This document shows positions 34,921 through 46,275 of a stretch of DNA of 60,797 bases, one piece after another. Below the pieces are notes generated by a model that was not told the origin of the DNA, did not search any database, and worked only from the letters and a program-made list of their open reading frames with translations. The DNA is from Candidatus Hydrogenedentota bacterium (lineage in GTDB: Bacteria; Hydrogenedentota; Hydrogenedentia; Hydrogenedentales; SLHB01): contig BTVY01000045.1 of the NCBI GenBank assembly GCA_045863335.1, positions 1-60,797 on the forward strand, read 5' to 3'. Made by a program: the position numbers and the translations under genes. Numbering within the stretch: position 1 is the stretch's first letter; each line of letters opens with the position of its first letter.

Positions 34921-37083
34921 TCAGACCATCCCCGCAAGACGGCGAACAAACCAGCCTAGCGTCAACAGCGCACACAGCGCGCCGAGCCATACCCAGTTCC
35001 GCCACGCGCTCCGGATCTCGCTGACCCGGTCCACGTGCGAAATAGCGGGGAAGCGTTCCGCATCGGCAGGGCTGAGCTTCTCTACGTCCGTGTAACCGGC
35101 ATTCAAATGCTCTGCCATGGCCACCATGAACTCGCGATTGCGCTGGACACGGTCCATTTCGCCCCTGGGCAAAGGCAGACGCGCGGCGACCGTCGTTTCA
35201 CCGATGAACACCCCTCCCACCGCCGCTTCTGCGCGGGCGATCAAGGTCTCTTCGCCGGCAGTCTGAACGGAGGCCTGGTACTCGCCGTCTTTGGCGGGGT
35301 CCATCCGGGTCACGTTGTCGTTGACATGCAAAAGAACCGTCGCTCCCGATTCGGGTTTGTACAGGGCGTCGCGAACGATGGCGGTGAACCGCACGACGCG
35401 GGGGTCGTCGCTCGCGCGCTGCGCCAAGAGCTGAACGCGCGATTCCTCATGAACGGCCGCCCCCAAATGGGTGACCAAGCCGGAGGCCAGACTGCGCAAG
35501 GCGCCCCCTTCCTCGTCTTCACGGTAGAGCCGGTACAAATGGCGAAGATTCAGGAGCGCCACATTGCCCCGGCCCACGCGGTGCGAAACGATGGCGGGCA
35601 TGCCGCTCAGCGTCGCGGCGGTGGTCGCTGCGGGCTTCTTCGTTACGGCGTAGTAGGCCTGCAACTCCACGGGGTCGTCGGCATTCACGCCGGCGGTAGT
35701 TAAGCCCAGCGCGGCGCCTTCCGGCGTCACTTCCATGGATTGGACCGGACCGGCGGAGCGGCCCTGCTCCGGCGAAAGAGTGCCCGGCATCAACGCCTTC
35801 ACCATGGGTTCGCGTGACTGGGCGAGATCGAATTCGTCCTGTCCGGGTATCAGCAGCAACCCGCCGCCCCGCTCGGCCACAAAGTTGTAGAGATTCTCCA
35901 ACTGCACGGACGTGAAATCGCGCGGATTGCACGGACCAAGCACCACGACGTCGTATTCGAACAGTGTCTCCGCGTCTGCCGGGAAGCCCTGTTCGGGTTG
36001 CGGGATGCGGTACGGGCCTCGGCCGCGGTCGGGACCGTCGAGGAGGGCGTCCATGACGAAGTTCAGCGATACTTTCTTCTCGCTTTCGAGCACCTGGCGA
36101 AGTTTGCCGATGTCGAAGCTTGCCCATTGCGAGTAGAACAACACGCGCAGTCTCGGTTCGTCGACCACCTCGAAGGTCGCCTGACGCGCGTTGTTCGCCT
36201 TCGTAATCTCGATGACTTCCGAAGTGGCGCGCGCCTCCAACGTATGTACGCCGAGCGTGTCGGCAGGCACGGGAAACTCGACCGTCGCGCCCTGGGCCAC
36301 TTCCGCGCCGCTGAGATCGCGGGTGGCCAAAGGCAGATCGTCGATGCGGAGTTCCAGGTGTACGACGGAATCGTCTGGAGGCGAACCGGCAATTCGCACG
36401 GCGACCGAACCTGTGGCGTCGAGCCGAAGTCTCGGTGGTGCATCCAGCCCTTCGACCACAATATCGGCATGGCTCGCGTCGGACCCCACGCCCACGATCA
36501 AGATCTGGAATTTCTCACGGTCCGTGGCCGCGATCGCGGAAACATTCTTCTCCAAGGCCTGGCCATCGGTGAAGACAATGGCGCCGACGGCTTCGCTCTG
36601 TTTGTCGGCGTCTTCGACCGGAGCGTACCGGGCAAGCAACTCCGCTACGGGCTTGATGCTCGTCTGGTACCCCCAGCGCGGGAGCGATTGCGCGGAAGCA
36701 ACTTCGTGCAGCGTGCCGTCGAACCCATAGTAGACGTACTGGGGACGGTCTTCCGCGCCCGGCGCGAAGGTGGATTCGAATGCGGCGATTGCTGCGTCGA
36801 GGCGGTTGGAACCGTCCATATCCTCCACGGACATGCTTTCGCTGGTGTCAAACGCAACGAGCACCGTGTTCGGCTGTTCTTCGGAACGGGTGAGCGCACG
36901 CGCCGGGTCCCACAATAGAATCACGAGCAGCACGATGGGGATGAGTTGCAGCGCGGGGATTACCCACTTGACGAGTTTGAGCTGACGCCAATGATCTGTA
37001 CGGAACGCGAGCACAAACAGACCGATGACCGCGAGCAACGTGAGGGCCGCCAGAACGTGGCCGGGGTATTGCAGCAAAGTCAT
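34921..37083 (-). CDS. Membrane protein with vWA, Ig-like and glutamine-amidotransferase-like domains
   Basis: Two N-terminal TM helices, DTSESM MIDAS, FTDG, NNARQATF, YDVVVLG...FVAERGGGLLL, C-terminal TM. Confidence 0.8.
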   Translation of the reverse strand: MTLLQYPGHVLAALTLLAVIGLFVLAFRTDHWRQLKLVKWVIPALQLIPIVLLVILLWDPARALTRSEEQPNTVLVAFDTSESMSVEDMDGSNRLDAAIAAFESTFAPGAEDRPQYVYYGFDGTLHEVASAQSLPRWGYQTSIKPVAELLARYAPVEDADKQSEAVGAIVFTDGQALEKNVSAIAATDREKFQILIVGVGSDASHADIVVEGLDAPPRLRLDATGSVAVRIAGSPPDDSVVHLELRIDDLPLATRDLSGAEVAQGATVEFPVPADTLGVHTLEARATSEVIEITKANNARQATFEVVDEPRLRVLFYSQWASFDIGKLRQVLESEKKVSLNFVMDALLDGPDRGRGPYRIPQPEQGFPADAETLFEYDVVVLGPCNPRDFTSVQLENLYNFVAERGGGLLLIPGQDEFDLAQSREPMVKALMPGTLSPEQGRSAGPVQSMEVTPEGAALGLTTAGVNADDPVELQAYYAVTKKPAATTAATLSGMPAIVSHRVGRGNVALLNLRHLYRLYREDEEGGALRSLASGLVTHLGAAVHEESRVQLLAQRASDDPRVVRFTAIVRDALYKPESGATVLLHVNDNVTRMDPAKDGEYQASVQTAGEETLIARAEAAVGGVFIGETTVAARLPLPRGEMDRVQRNREFMVAMAEHLNAGYTDVEKLSPADAERFPAISHVDRVSEIRSAWRNWVWLGALCALLTLGWFVRRLAGMV

Positions 37084-40000
37084 AGGGCGCCTCCCGGCTC
37101 GTACTGGGCGGCCCGTTCGAAGAACTGCTCTTCCAGTTGCACGAATCCCGGATCGGAGGGGTCGTACTTTCGCAACTCGCCGGACTGCTTCTGCGCGGCA
37201 ATGGCCATCGTCATGTACTGCTCGGCGAGCCAGCGCGCTTCGCGAGGCGGTTCGAGATCCTGCCAATCGGTTGGAAGGTTGGACTTGTCCGTGCCCGGTA
37301 CCAGCGATCGCGTCAACGACGTGTAGTTAGGCGGCCGGCCGGCGCCACCGAAATGATTGACGTAGTCAGGGCCGCCCTGTTCGAGAAACTGTTGTTCGGC
37401 CTGTTCCAACTGGGCTAGCAAGTCGGCGCGTTCGGCGGGATCCGTCACGCCATCCAGGGCTCGCGCGAGGCGCGCCATGGATTCCGCCTGGGCCATCATC
37501 TCCTTGGAGGCCCGTTCCTGTTCATCGAGCAGGGCCGCGCGTTGCAGCGCAAACAAGGCCGTGTCGAAGTGGCGCATGGACTGCATCAGCGACTGCGCCG
37601 CTTGATTCAATGAGTCCTCGCTGCCGGTGAAGAACGCGTCCGCGGCAGCCTCGTCGAAGTCCTCCATGGCTTCCAAGGCGAGTTTCAGTTGCTCCAATGC
37701 GGCCTGCGTGTCCTCGGAGGAGTTGGCTTGACCGGACAGTTCTTCGGCCAACTGTGCGGCTTGCTGCCGGAGCGCGGCTTCCTGGGCGCGCATCATCTCG
37801 AGCCTGTCCTGCGTGCTTGCGCGGTTCTGGGACGCCTCGACAGGCGCAGGCGGGGCCGATCCGCTGCCACCTTGCGACGGCTCCAGCGCGCCTTCGAGCG
37901 TCGTGCGCCCCTGCTCTCCCCCGCCGCCGGAACTTTCGCTCTGAGCGGTCTGGGCATTGGGATCGCGCCAGGATTCCTCGTCCGTCGTGGATTGCGCGTG
38001 GCCCTCTTGCTTGCCGTAGTCTTTCATGAATTGGTCAAAGCGTTCCTTGATCTGTTCCTGCTGCTCCCGGATCTGCGCGAGCGAATTGGCGAGGCGCTTC
38101 AATTCCCACTGCTCCTGTTCCTTCTCGAAGCGGGTGAGGTGAACCTGCTCTTCCATCTTGAGCCGTTCCGGTCCCTGTTGCGGGCTGCCTCCGGAGCCGG
38201 ACATCATGGATTTCTCCAATTCACGAACGAGCATACGCAGCTTCTGATAGGCGTCCTTCTCGGGCGGAACCGCGGCTGCGGCATCGGTCTTGAGAAGATG
38301 CTGCTGCGCCTCGGCGAAGTGTCCTTCCACCTCGGCGAGCATTCCAATTTGTTCACTGGAAAAGCGGTATCGCGGGTCTTCCTTGATCAGGCGAGTTTGC
38401 TCCTGCACGTGACCCGCGTCTTTCGCAATGGACGCCACCTGGCCGCGTTCGCGCTCGTCGAGTTCCGTGTCGTTTGCGAGGGGCCAGGTCTTCTTCAGAA
38501 TCGCGCGCGTATATTCCAGCACAGCCAGCATGCCCGCGTGCGCTTCGAACATGCTCCCCAACCCGGGCTTTCCGAACTCGGACGGCAGAGACGGCGGAGG
38601 CTGGTGCCAAACCTGTCGGTACGGCTTGATTTCGATAAAATAGATGTCGCCCGCAGCGGTTTCGCCTTCGGCCTTGATCCCGGTGGCGATGTCCTTCGCC
38701 TCCGCATGGAATAGGATCGCATCGCCCAATACGAGGTCGTAATCCTCCAGCTCAAGCGTGTGCGCGAGGACGGTTTCACGCGCGCCCCGTTCAACCGCAC
38801 CGGGGACGCGTATGGGCGGACTGCCAGGCACTTCGATCATCAGCTCCGCGGAGTCCAGACCGTAATCATCCGTCACTTTGATTTGCAACGGCACACTGGC
38901 CACGTTGGTTGCGAGGTAGTCGCCGCCCGGCGTTTCAAGTTCGAACTCGGGTGCGCCGTCGCCGTGAAGGATGATCTGGAGCGGCGGTTCCTTGTCGTTG
39001 ACGAGGCCGCTTTCTCCGCGCAACGCGAATCGCATCATGCCCGGCTCCGTGGCCGTGAACCGATGCTGAAAGGACGGACCGGAGTCCGAAGCGACGCTGC
39101 GCTCTTCCCCACTCGCATCCACAACGGTGACTTCGCTGACGGGTTCTGAGGTCTCGACGGTGAGGGTGACCTCGGCGCCTTCCAAGACTTCCAGTGCGAA
39201 TTCGCGCACGTCTTCATGGTAGGGCGGATCCTGCGTGCCTGCTTCGATATCGGCTGCGATCGACGTAATCCGAGGAATCTCGGCTACCGAAATCGTGTGC
39301 CAATCGGTCGCCGCGTCGCCGCCCCGGAACTGATAGCGATAACTTCCGACAGGCAATGAGGTCATCGTGGAAATCCGGGCGCCGCCCGCTTCGTCCAGCG
39401 CGGGCGAAAGCAATATCTCCTTAACGATGGATTCGGGTTCGCTGTCCCCGGCATCGGCGACGACGCGGAGTGTCGCTTCTTCGGGCACGTGTCCATCCAC
39501 CCGGGCCGCCAGGCTGATGTTCACATCCGGTGGTGAGGTGATGTCGCCGCTAGTCGTTTCCAGGGTGGTTGCCGGCACCGGTTCAATTGTGGAAAGCGGT
39601 TGTGTCAGGCGCGCGAAGTATCGGGAGAAGTAGGTTGCGTTGCTGAACAGCGCGACGGCCAGCACGATCGTGCCGGCGAAGATTGCGACGCAGGCAGCGT
39701 AGGCCTGCCACTTGGGAACGGTTTCCGTGAAATCGACGTTGCGGCTGCTCTCGTCGACCTGCAGCACGAGGCGCTCAGCCAGGGCTTTGGAGTACGGATA
39801 ATCCGTGCGATTCTCGAAGTACTCGACGGCAGTAACGAGTTGCTGATCGTAGGACCGGAACCGCTCGATGTAATTTGCGGCCTGGTGCGCGGTGAACTGG
39901 CGCACCAGCGCACGCCCCGACCAGTAAATCACCGCGACCAAACCGCCGAGCAGCAGGAGTAATGCGAGGACCCGCGGCGCGGGGCCAAAATGAAACCGGT

Positions 40001-40151
40001 GATCGAGCAGGCTGAACGCGCCCACGAACAGAATAAGAACGCAGGCCGCTGCCGCCACCGTACGCAGCACGATAAGAACGACCAGCCAACGCTGAACGCG
40101 GCGCACGCGATCGACCAAATCCCGCAATCGGATGTCAATGGATTCCGCCAT
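37080..40151 (-). CDS. Large membrane-anchored protein (DUF4175-like) with Ig-like domains and coiled-coil tail
   Basis: Three N-terminal TM helices, LVTAVEY, TDDYGL, GDAILFHAEAKD, FIEIKPY, long Q/E-rich helical C-terminus. Confidence 0.75.
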   Translation of the reverse strand: MAESIDIRLRDLVDRVRRVQRWLVVLIVLRTVAAAACVLILFVGAFSLLDHRFHFGPAPRVLALLLLLGGLVAVIYWSGRALVRQFTAHQAANYIERFRSYDQQLVTAVEYFENRTDYPYSKALAERLVLQVDESSRNVDFTETVPKWQAYAACVAIFAGTIVLAVALFSNATYFSRYFARLTQPLSTIEPVPATTLETTSGDITSPPDVNISLAARVDGHVPEEATLRVVADAGDSEPESIVKEILLSPALDEAGGARISTMTSLPVGSYRYQFRGGDAATDWHTISVAEIPRITSIAADIEAGTQDPPYHEDVREFALEVLEGAEVTLTVETSEPVSEVTVVDASGEERSVASDSGPSFQHRFTATEPGMMRFALRGESGLVNDKEPPLQIILHGDGAPEFELETPGGDYLATNVASVPLQIKVTDDYGLDSAELMIEVPGSPPIRVPGAVERGARETVLAHTLELEDYDLVLGDAILFHAEAKDIATGIKAEGETAAGDIYFIEIKPYRQVWHQPPPSLPSEFGKPGLGSMFEAHAGMLAVLEYTRAILKKTWPLANDTELDERERGQVASIAKDAGHVQEQTRLIKEDPRYRFSSEQIGMLAEVEGHFAEAQQHLLKTDAAAAVPPEKDAYQKLRMLVRELEKSMMSGSGGSPQQGPERLKMEEQVHLTRFEKEQEQWELKRLANSLAQIREQQEQIKERFDQFMKDYGKQEGHAQSTTDEESWRDPNAQTAQSESSGGGGEQGRTTLEGALEPSQGGSGSAPPAPVEASQNRASTQDRLEMMRAQEAALRQQAAQLAEELSGQANSSEDTQAALEQLKLALEAMEDFDEAAADAFFTGSEDSLNQAAQSLMQSMRHFDTALFALQRAALLDEQERASKEMMAQAESMARLARALDGVTDPAERADLLAQLEQAEQQFLEQGGPDYVNHFGGAGRPPNYTSLTRSLVPGTDKSNLPTDWQDLEPPREARWLAEQYMTMAIAAQKQSGELRKYDPSDPGFVQLEEQFFERAAQYEPGGAL

Positions 40152-42193
40152 CACCTGCTCACCCGGTTTGAAATGAACACATCCGCCAACATCAACCCGA
40201 GAACCGCCCACGCGAACCCGCGCCACAGCGACTGGCGCTCGCGCTCTGTCGTTGTGTCACCCGTTGGCTCCGCCGATTCTTCGAACACCCGCGCGAGCAA
40301 AAACTCAATGGCCGAATCGGTAGACGGCGTGATGTCGGTTTCGCCGTGGGGCACGTTCACTCCCGCATGACGCACCGGCTTCGTCTGGGTCGCGACCCAG
40401 CCCAACTCAGGAATGGGTGCGACCGCAATGGAACCGCTGGAGAATTGCGCGGGCACCGTTGAACCGCCGGGGGTTTTCACGTAGTGGGCCTCCCCGCCCT
40501 TGCTGTGCGCGAGTTCGAACTCCGAGGCGGGCAGCACGATCGCCTCGCCGACCTCGAACGCGAAGACTTCAAGCTGCGCGCCCCCTCCGACGAGGAAGTT
40601 CACGAAGGCGACTGCGCCAGGAGATTTCATGAGCGGCGAAAAATCGTCGTCGGCGCTGGTATTGACGAGCAGCGCCGAGCCACGGCCGGCTGTCTTGTAA
40701 CAGAGAAAGGGATCGCCCTCGCCGAAGGACCACAGCACTTCCACTCCGTCCGCCAGCACGAGGGTATATGCGCCCAAAACCGGCAAATCCTCGAGACGAT
40801 AGTTCTGCAGCGCGTGTATTGCATTCGCTTCCGGTGATAGCGAATCGGTGGAGATGGATTCGCGGAGGTTCGTGGCCAGACGCAAGGGCTCGCGCCGCAA
40901 TTCGACTGGCGTTGCGGGGAAGATGCCCGCTTCCGCGAGCGACTCGTAGTATCCCAGGCCCGACTCCAATTCGGGATCGACGAACCCGATAAGCCGGCCG
41001 CCGGCGTTCACCCAGTCCGCCAATTCCTCGACCCATTGCGTTTTTCGGTTGAGGGCGGACGCCATGATAAGAATCTCCGCGTCGGCCAGGAGATTTTCCT
41101 CGAACCGGTGATGGGATATGACCTGAACGGTCATGGGGTCCATGGGATTCAGTTGCGACAAGGTCTCCAGCGCGGTCTTGAGGAGAAACGATTCTTCCGC
41201 GTCTTTGGCCAGGATGAGCACGCGCTTCGCGCGCTGACGGCCGTGACCCAGGCCCAGAAAATACCGGTTGTCCTCCGGCAAGCCGTCGTCGGAAGCGATA
41301 CGCAGCTCGATTCGGGAGAAGGCCAGGTCGGAAGCTGCGATGGGCAACTGCAATTGCACGGACATGCGCCCTTTCGCCTCAACGCGGACGGGAGTCTCGA
41401 CGGGCGGATTATCGTCAAGTGTACCCGAGAGGATGGCCTCTTCGGTCGTGTCGCCGTAGTTGGCAATCGTCACGGCAAGCGCCAACGTCCGTTCGGCGTC
41501 CGGCAACACGCGCGCGTCGAGCAGCGCGAGGTTTGACGGCGATGCGCCGGCGTCGACACGTTCGTACCGGAACGAGGACACGGGAATCGGCTCGTCTACT
41601 CCGTCGAGGGCAACGCGGGCTTCCGCGGTGAAATCGCTGACCAATCCGGCCGATACGGCGCCGGTGCTGGAGCGCGACGCGCTGTCCAAAGCGGAAAGCA
41701 ACGGGGCGATCTTCATCTTCAATGGCGTAGGACGTAGCTCGGAGAGAAATTGGCGTGCCCCGGCGGCGTCGAGGTCGCGCGACGATGCGCCGGACGCGAG
41801 TCCGATAATGTGGAACCGCGCGTTCGGGTCCGCCGATTCGACGATCGCTTCCGCCGCGTCCAGGGCGCGCGGAAACACGTCGCCATACGCCATGGACAGG
41901 GAATCGTCCACGCCAAGGATGACGGTTGGAAGCGACTGGATGTTTCGCTGGGCAAGGATGCGTTCGGGCCCCGCGAAGAATACGGCAATGAGGATGACAA
42001 TGGCGCAGCGGATGAGCAGCACGAGCAGATTGCGAATGCGGCGGCGGGACTGGGTTTCGATCTCGCCGGTGCGGAGGAAGCGCAGCATGGTGAAGGGCAC
42101 CTTGCGAAAGCGGGGGCGCGCGAGCAGATGCGCGGCGATGGGTCCCGCGACGGCAAGCGTGCCCAGGAGGAATATGGCTTGGAGGAAGGTCAC
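40151..42193 (-). CDS. BatA N-terminal + vWA domain membrane protein
   Basis: PIAAHLLARPRFRKVPFTMLRFL (BatA), DDSLSM MIDAS, VSDF, DDGLPEDNRYF, AGGRLIGF, C-terminal TM. Confidence 0.85.
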   Translation of the reverse strand: MTFLQAIFLLGTLAVAGPIAAHLLARPRFRKVPFTMLRFLRTGEIETQSRRRIRNLLVLLIRCAIVILIAVFFAGPERILAQRNIQSLPTVILGVDDSLSMAYGDVFPRALDAAEAIVESADPNARFHIIGLASGASSRDLDAAGARQFLSELRPTPLKMKIAPLLSALDSASRSSTGAVSAGLVSDFTAEARVALDGVDEPIPVSSFRYERVDAGASPSNLALLDARVLPDAERTLALAVTIANYGDTTEEAILSGTLDDNPPVETPVRVEAKGRMSVQLQLPIAASDLAFSRIELRIASDDGLPEDNRYFLGLGHGRQRAKRVLILAKDAEESFLLKTALETLSQLNPMDPMTVQVISHHRFEENLLADAEILIMASALNRKTQWVEELADWVNAGGRLIGFVDPELESGLGYYESLAEAGIFPATPVELRREPLRLATNLRESISTDSLSPEANAIHALQNYRLEDLPVLGAYTLVLADGVEVLWSFGEGDPFLCYKTAGRGSALLVNTSADDDFSPLMKSPGAVAFVNFLVGGGAQLEVFAFEVGEAIVLPASEFELAHSKGGEAHYVKTPGGSTVPAQFSSGSIAVAPIPELGWVATQTKPVRHAGVNVPHGETDITPSTDSAIEFLLARVFEESAEPTGDTTTERERQSLWRGFAWAVLGLMLADVFISNRVSR

Positions 42194-43089
42194 ATCAGCC
42201 TCCTGCGACGGCCCAGATACGCCATGAAGGCGCGGTCCAACGTCTGCGACGTGTCCATGAGCCAGTAGTCGATTTCCTTCCGGCCCGAGGATTTCTCAAT
42301 CTCATCCAGAAAAGCCTGGACGTTGGATTGATACGTGCTCTTCAGCGATTCGGGATAAGTCCGCAGCCGGTCGCCCGTCTCGAGATCCTCGAACTGAACG
42401 AGGCCCTGGTAGTCCAGTGTAATCTCCTGATGATCGAGGGTGTGGAAGATAATCACGTCATGTTGGAGATACTTCAGATGAGCAAGACCGCTGGCCAGAT
42501 CGTCCGCATCGTCCAGAAGATCGGAAATCAGGATAACGATGCCGCGCCGGGTCGCGGTTTCGGCGAAGGCGTGCAGCACGTCGGTGAGACGGGTCTGCCC
42601 GTCGCCGCGAACGCGTTCCAACGCCGTTAGGATCGCGTAGAGATGCGTTCGCCGCCCGCGCGGGGATATGCGCGTCAGGATGCGATCGGCGAAGACCATG
42701 AGGCCGACGCTGTCGCCTTGCCCCAGCATCATGGATGTCAGCGCGGCTGTGAGGAAGCGCCCGTAGTCGAGCTTGGAGTAGGTAGTACCTTCGCCTTGAA
42801 ACGTCATGCTCTTGCTGGAATCGAGCAGGATGTACACGGGAACGTTGGTGTCCTGGCGAAACTGTTTGATGTAGAGCTTGTTCGTGCGGCCGAACACTTT
42901 CCAGTCCAGGAAGCGCAGTTCGTCCCCCGGCTCGTATTGGCGGTGTTCGCTGTACTCCGCGCTGAAGCCGTGAAAGGGGCTCGGATGCAGTCCGGAGAAG
43001 AAGCCCTGCACGGCGCACCGGGCGACCAACTCCATGTTCTGCAGCCGGCTTAGAAGCGCGGGATCGAGGTATTTCGAGGCGCCTGCCAT
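42190..43089 (-). CDS. DUF58 (vWA-like) protein
   Basis: GLHPSPFHGFSAEYSEHRQYEPGDELRFLDWK, LLDSSKSM, ILISDL. Confidence 0.93.
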   Translation of the reverse strand: MAGASKYLDPALLSRLQNMELVARCAVQGFFSGLHPSPFHGFSAEYSEHRQYEPGDELRFLDWKVFGRTNKLYIKQFRQDTNVPVYILLDSSKSMTFQGEGTTYSKLDYGRFLTAALTSMMLGQGDSVGLMVFADRILTRISPRGRRTHLYAILTALERVRGDGQTRLTDVLHAFAETATRRGIVILISDLLDDADDLASGLAHLKYLQHDVIIFHTLDHQEITLDYQGLVQFEDLETGDRLRTYPESLKSTYQSNVQAFLDEIEKSSGRKEIDYWLMDTSQTLDRAFMAYLGRRRRLM

Positions 43090-43143
43090 GTATCACCAAA
43101 CCCTGAGGTTGCACCAAAAAGAAAACTGTCGCAGCGGTACCAG

Positions 43144-44169
<1,026 letters not shown>

Positions 44170-44217
44170 ACTTCCTCCCCGGATTGGCTAAGATAGAAGA
44201 ATCTCCTCGCATCTAAG

Positions 44218-44246
44218 TAGACGTTTCAGACCGCCAAATGGTGACA
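44218..44246 (-). promoter_or_regulatory. Putative ECF sigma-factor promoter of the MoxR operon
   Basis: TGTCACC-N16-CGTCTA on the minus strand, 48 nt upstream of the moxR ATG. Confidence 0.55.
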
Positions 44247-44382
44247 CCGGACGGTCGACTTCGTCAGATTCAGCGCATCCGGGTGAGGCGACAGCGCGCA
44301 CAAACCGTTGCGAAACCGTAGCTTCTGTCACATCCCAAACTGGTTTTGCAGGAGATGACTGTTTCGCGCGCGACCGATCACG

Positions 44383-46242
44383 TCAGGTCTGGGTCTCGGA
44401 TTTCAATGCTTCGCGTTTGGCCAGGAGACGAGTTCCGTACCGTTTGGTGCCGTCGTAAGGATTGTCCAACGCCTTTCGAGCTGCGTTCTCGACGTTATTG
44501 TCCAGAATTCCCGTCTGCTCGATCGCGTTCATGGCGTACATCCCCACGAGCAGGTTGGGTTCGTCCAGGAGTTTCACCAGTTCGGGTAAATGCGTATCGC
44601 TCTTACCGAGTTTGCAGAGCGCGAGGTGCGCCGCCAACCGAACGGCTGGGATTGGGTCGGCCGCCAGATCCACCACGACGAGCTGACATTCCACCGCGCG
44701 CAGATTCCCCAGCCATGTCGCCGCCCAATACCGGACTGACGGATCGGGATCGGCAACCGCCGCGCAAAGCGCGGCGCGGTCGTTGGTTTCACCCGCCGCT
44801 ATGGTTTCGAGGATGCGCCGGAGGATGAGCTCCATTTCGGGGCGTCGCATGGCGGCGTACTTGCTCCCAAATTCCTTCCCCAGATCTTCGAGTATCGGTT
44901 CTGGAATCACGCCGGGGTCGCGCGTCTCGAGGATGCAGTTGTAAAGCCGTTCTCGCTGCTCGCGCAGCACCATCTCATGCTCGGGGTTGCCTGCGAGATT
45001 GGTGGTTTCGAAGGGATCCGCTTCGAGGTCGTACAGTTCTTCCGGCGGCCGATCGGGCGCGAACAGTCGATCCTGGAGCGGGGTCAGCGCCTCGTGGGCG
45101 TGCAAGGCGCGCAGATGCGCCACGATCTCCTTCCCGTCTTTGTATTGGTTGTGCTGCAGATGGGGACGATAGGACAGGAAATTGCGAATATATTTGTACT
45201 TCGACGTGCGGACACTGCGGATGACGTCAATGGTTTCGTCGCAGCGGTCGCGCGCGCTGACCACGAAAGGCCGCTCCGCGTAATCGGGGGCGAACACATC
45301 CCGTCCCTGCAGGTGCTCCGGAAGGGGTATGCCGGCGAAGGCCAGAGACAGGGGCGCGAGATCGATGTGCAGAGCCAGGTCGCCACGGACGGTACCTGCC
45401 AGACGCCCGTCGGGAAACCGCACGATCATGGGAATGCGGATACCTTCTTCGTACAGGAACTGTTTGCCGCGGGCGTGCGAGATTCCGTGGTCGGTGATGA
45501 AGACCACGAGTGTGTTGTCGTAGACGCGGGCATCCTTCAGCGATTGGACAACTTCGCCGACTTGCTGGTCCACCCGCTTCCAGCTTGCAAGGTATTCCGA
45601 CCAATCCTTCCGCATTACGGCATCGTCGGGGTAGTAGGGCGGCAATTCGAAATCGCCGTATTCGATGGAATCCTGGCGCCATTTACCGCCCTGCAACTGG
45701 ACTTGCGCAAAGAACGGCACGCCGTCCGGCGCCTGCCGCCAGTCGGAACCGTCGTACGGCGTAGCCTTCGTAATGAAGTTGTAGTCCGTCTTGCCCGGTT
45801 TCCCGGCGTCCGGGTCGCGGCCGTTGCAGACATAATATCCCGCATCACGAAAGAGCTCGCCGACCAGGGGGATCGCGCCCGGGAGTTCGTAGCTGGCGAG
45901 ATAGTCCGAGTTACCGCCCGCTTTCGGGCCTTCGTTCTGACTGCGGTGGTTGTGGCTGCCGATCGCGGTCTGATACATGCCGGTGATCATTGCCGAACGG
46001 GATGGAGAGCACACGGGGCAGGTGACGAAGGCATTCTCGAAACGCACGCCTTCGGCGGCGAGCGCGTCAATATGGGGAGTTTGTATTGCAGTTTCGCCGT
46101 AGCAGCCGATGTGTGGGGAGGCGTCTTCGGCGATGATCCAAAGGATGTTGGGTTTCCGTGAAACGGTTTGACCCAATGCATTCGCGGCAATCGCGCCAGA
46201 CACGCCCAACACTGCACATTGCAGAAAATCCCGTCGTTTCAT
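44383..46242 (-). CDS. Formylglycine-dependent sulfatase with C-terminal HEAT repeats, Tat-exported
   Basis: KRRDFL, PNILWIIAED, CSPSRSAMITG, TDHG, EELYDL; C-terminal DPDPSVRYWAA HEAT repeats. Confidence 0.9.
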   Translation of the reverse strand: MKRRDFLQCAVLGVSGAIAANALGQTVSRKPNILWIIAEDASPHIGCYGETAIQTPHIDALAAEGVRFENAFVTCPVCSPSRSAMITGMYQTAIGSHNHRSQNEGPKAGGNSDYLASYELPGAIPLVGELFRDAGYYVCNGRDPDAGKPGKTDYNFITKATPYDGSDWRQAPDGVPFFAQVQLQGGKWRQDSIEYGDFELPPYYPDDAVMRKDWSEYLASWKRVDQQVGEVVQSLKDARVYDNTLVVFITDHGISHARGKQFLYEEGIRIPMIVRFPDGRLAGTVRGDLALHIDLAPLSLAFAGIPLPEHLQGRDVFAPDYAERPFVVSARDRCDETIDVIRSVRTSKYKYIRNFLSYRPHLQHNQYKDGKEIVAHLRALHAHEALTPLQDRLFAPDRPPEELYDLEADPFETTNLAGNPEHEMVLREQRERLYNCILETRDPGVIPEPILEDLGKEFGSKYAAMRRPEMELILRRILETIAAGETNDRAALCAAVADPDPSVRYWAATWLGNLRAVECQLVVVDLAADPIPAVRLAAHLALCKLGKSDTHLPELVKLLDEPNLLVGMYAMNAIEQTGILDNNVENAARKALDNPYDGTKRYGTRLLAKREALKSETQT

Positions 46243-46275
46243 AGAAGTCCCTTTTCATTGGCAGACCAATGAGGT

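Noticed and set aside
44326-44352. Second TGTCACA on the plus strand as an ECF promoter
   Set aside because: No CGTC at the 16-nt spacing and no plus-strand gene downstream
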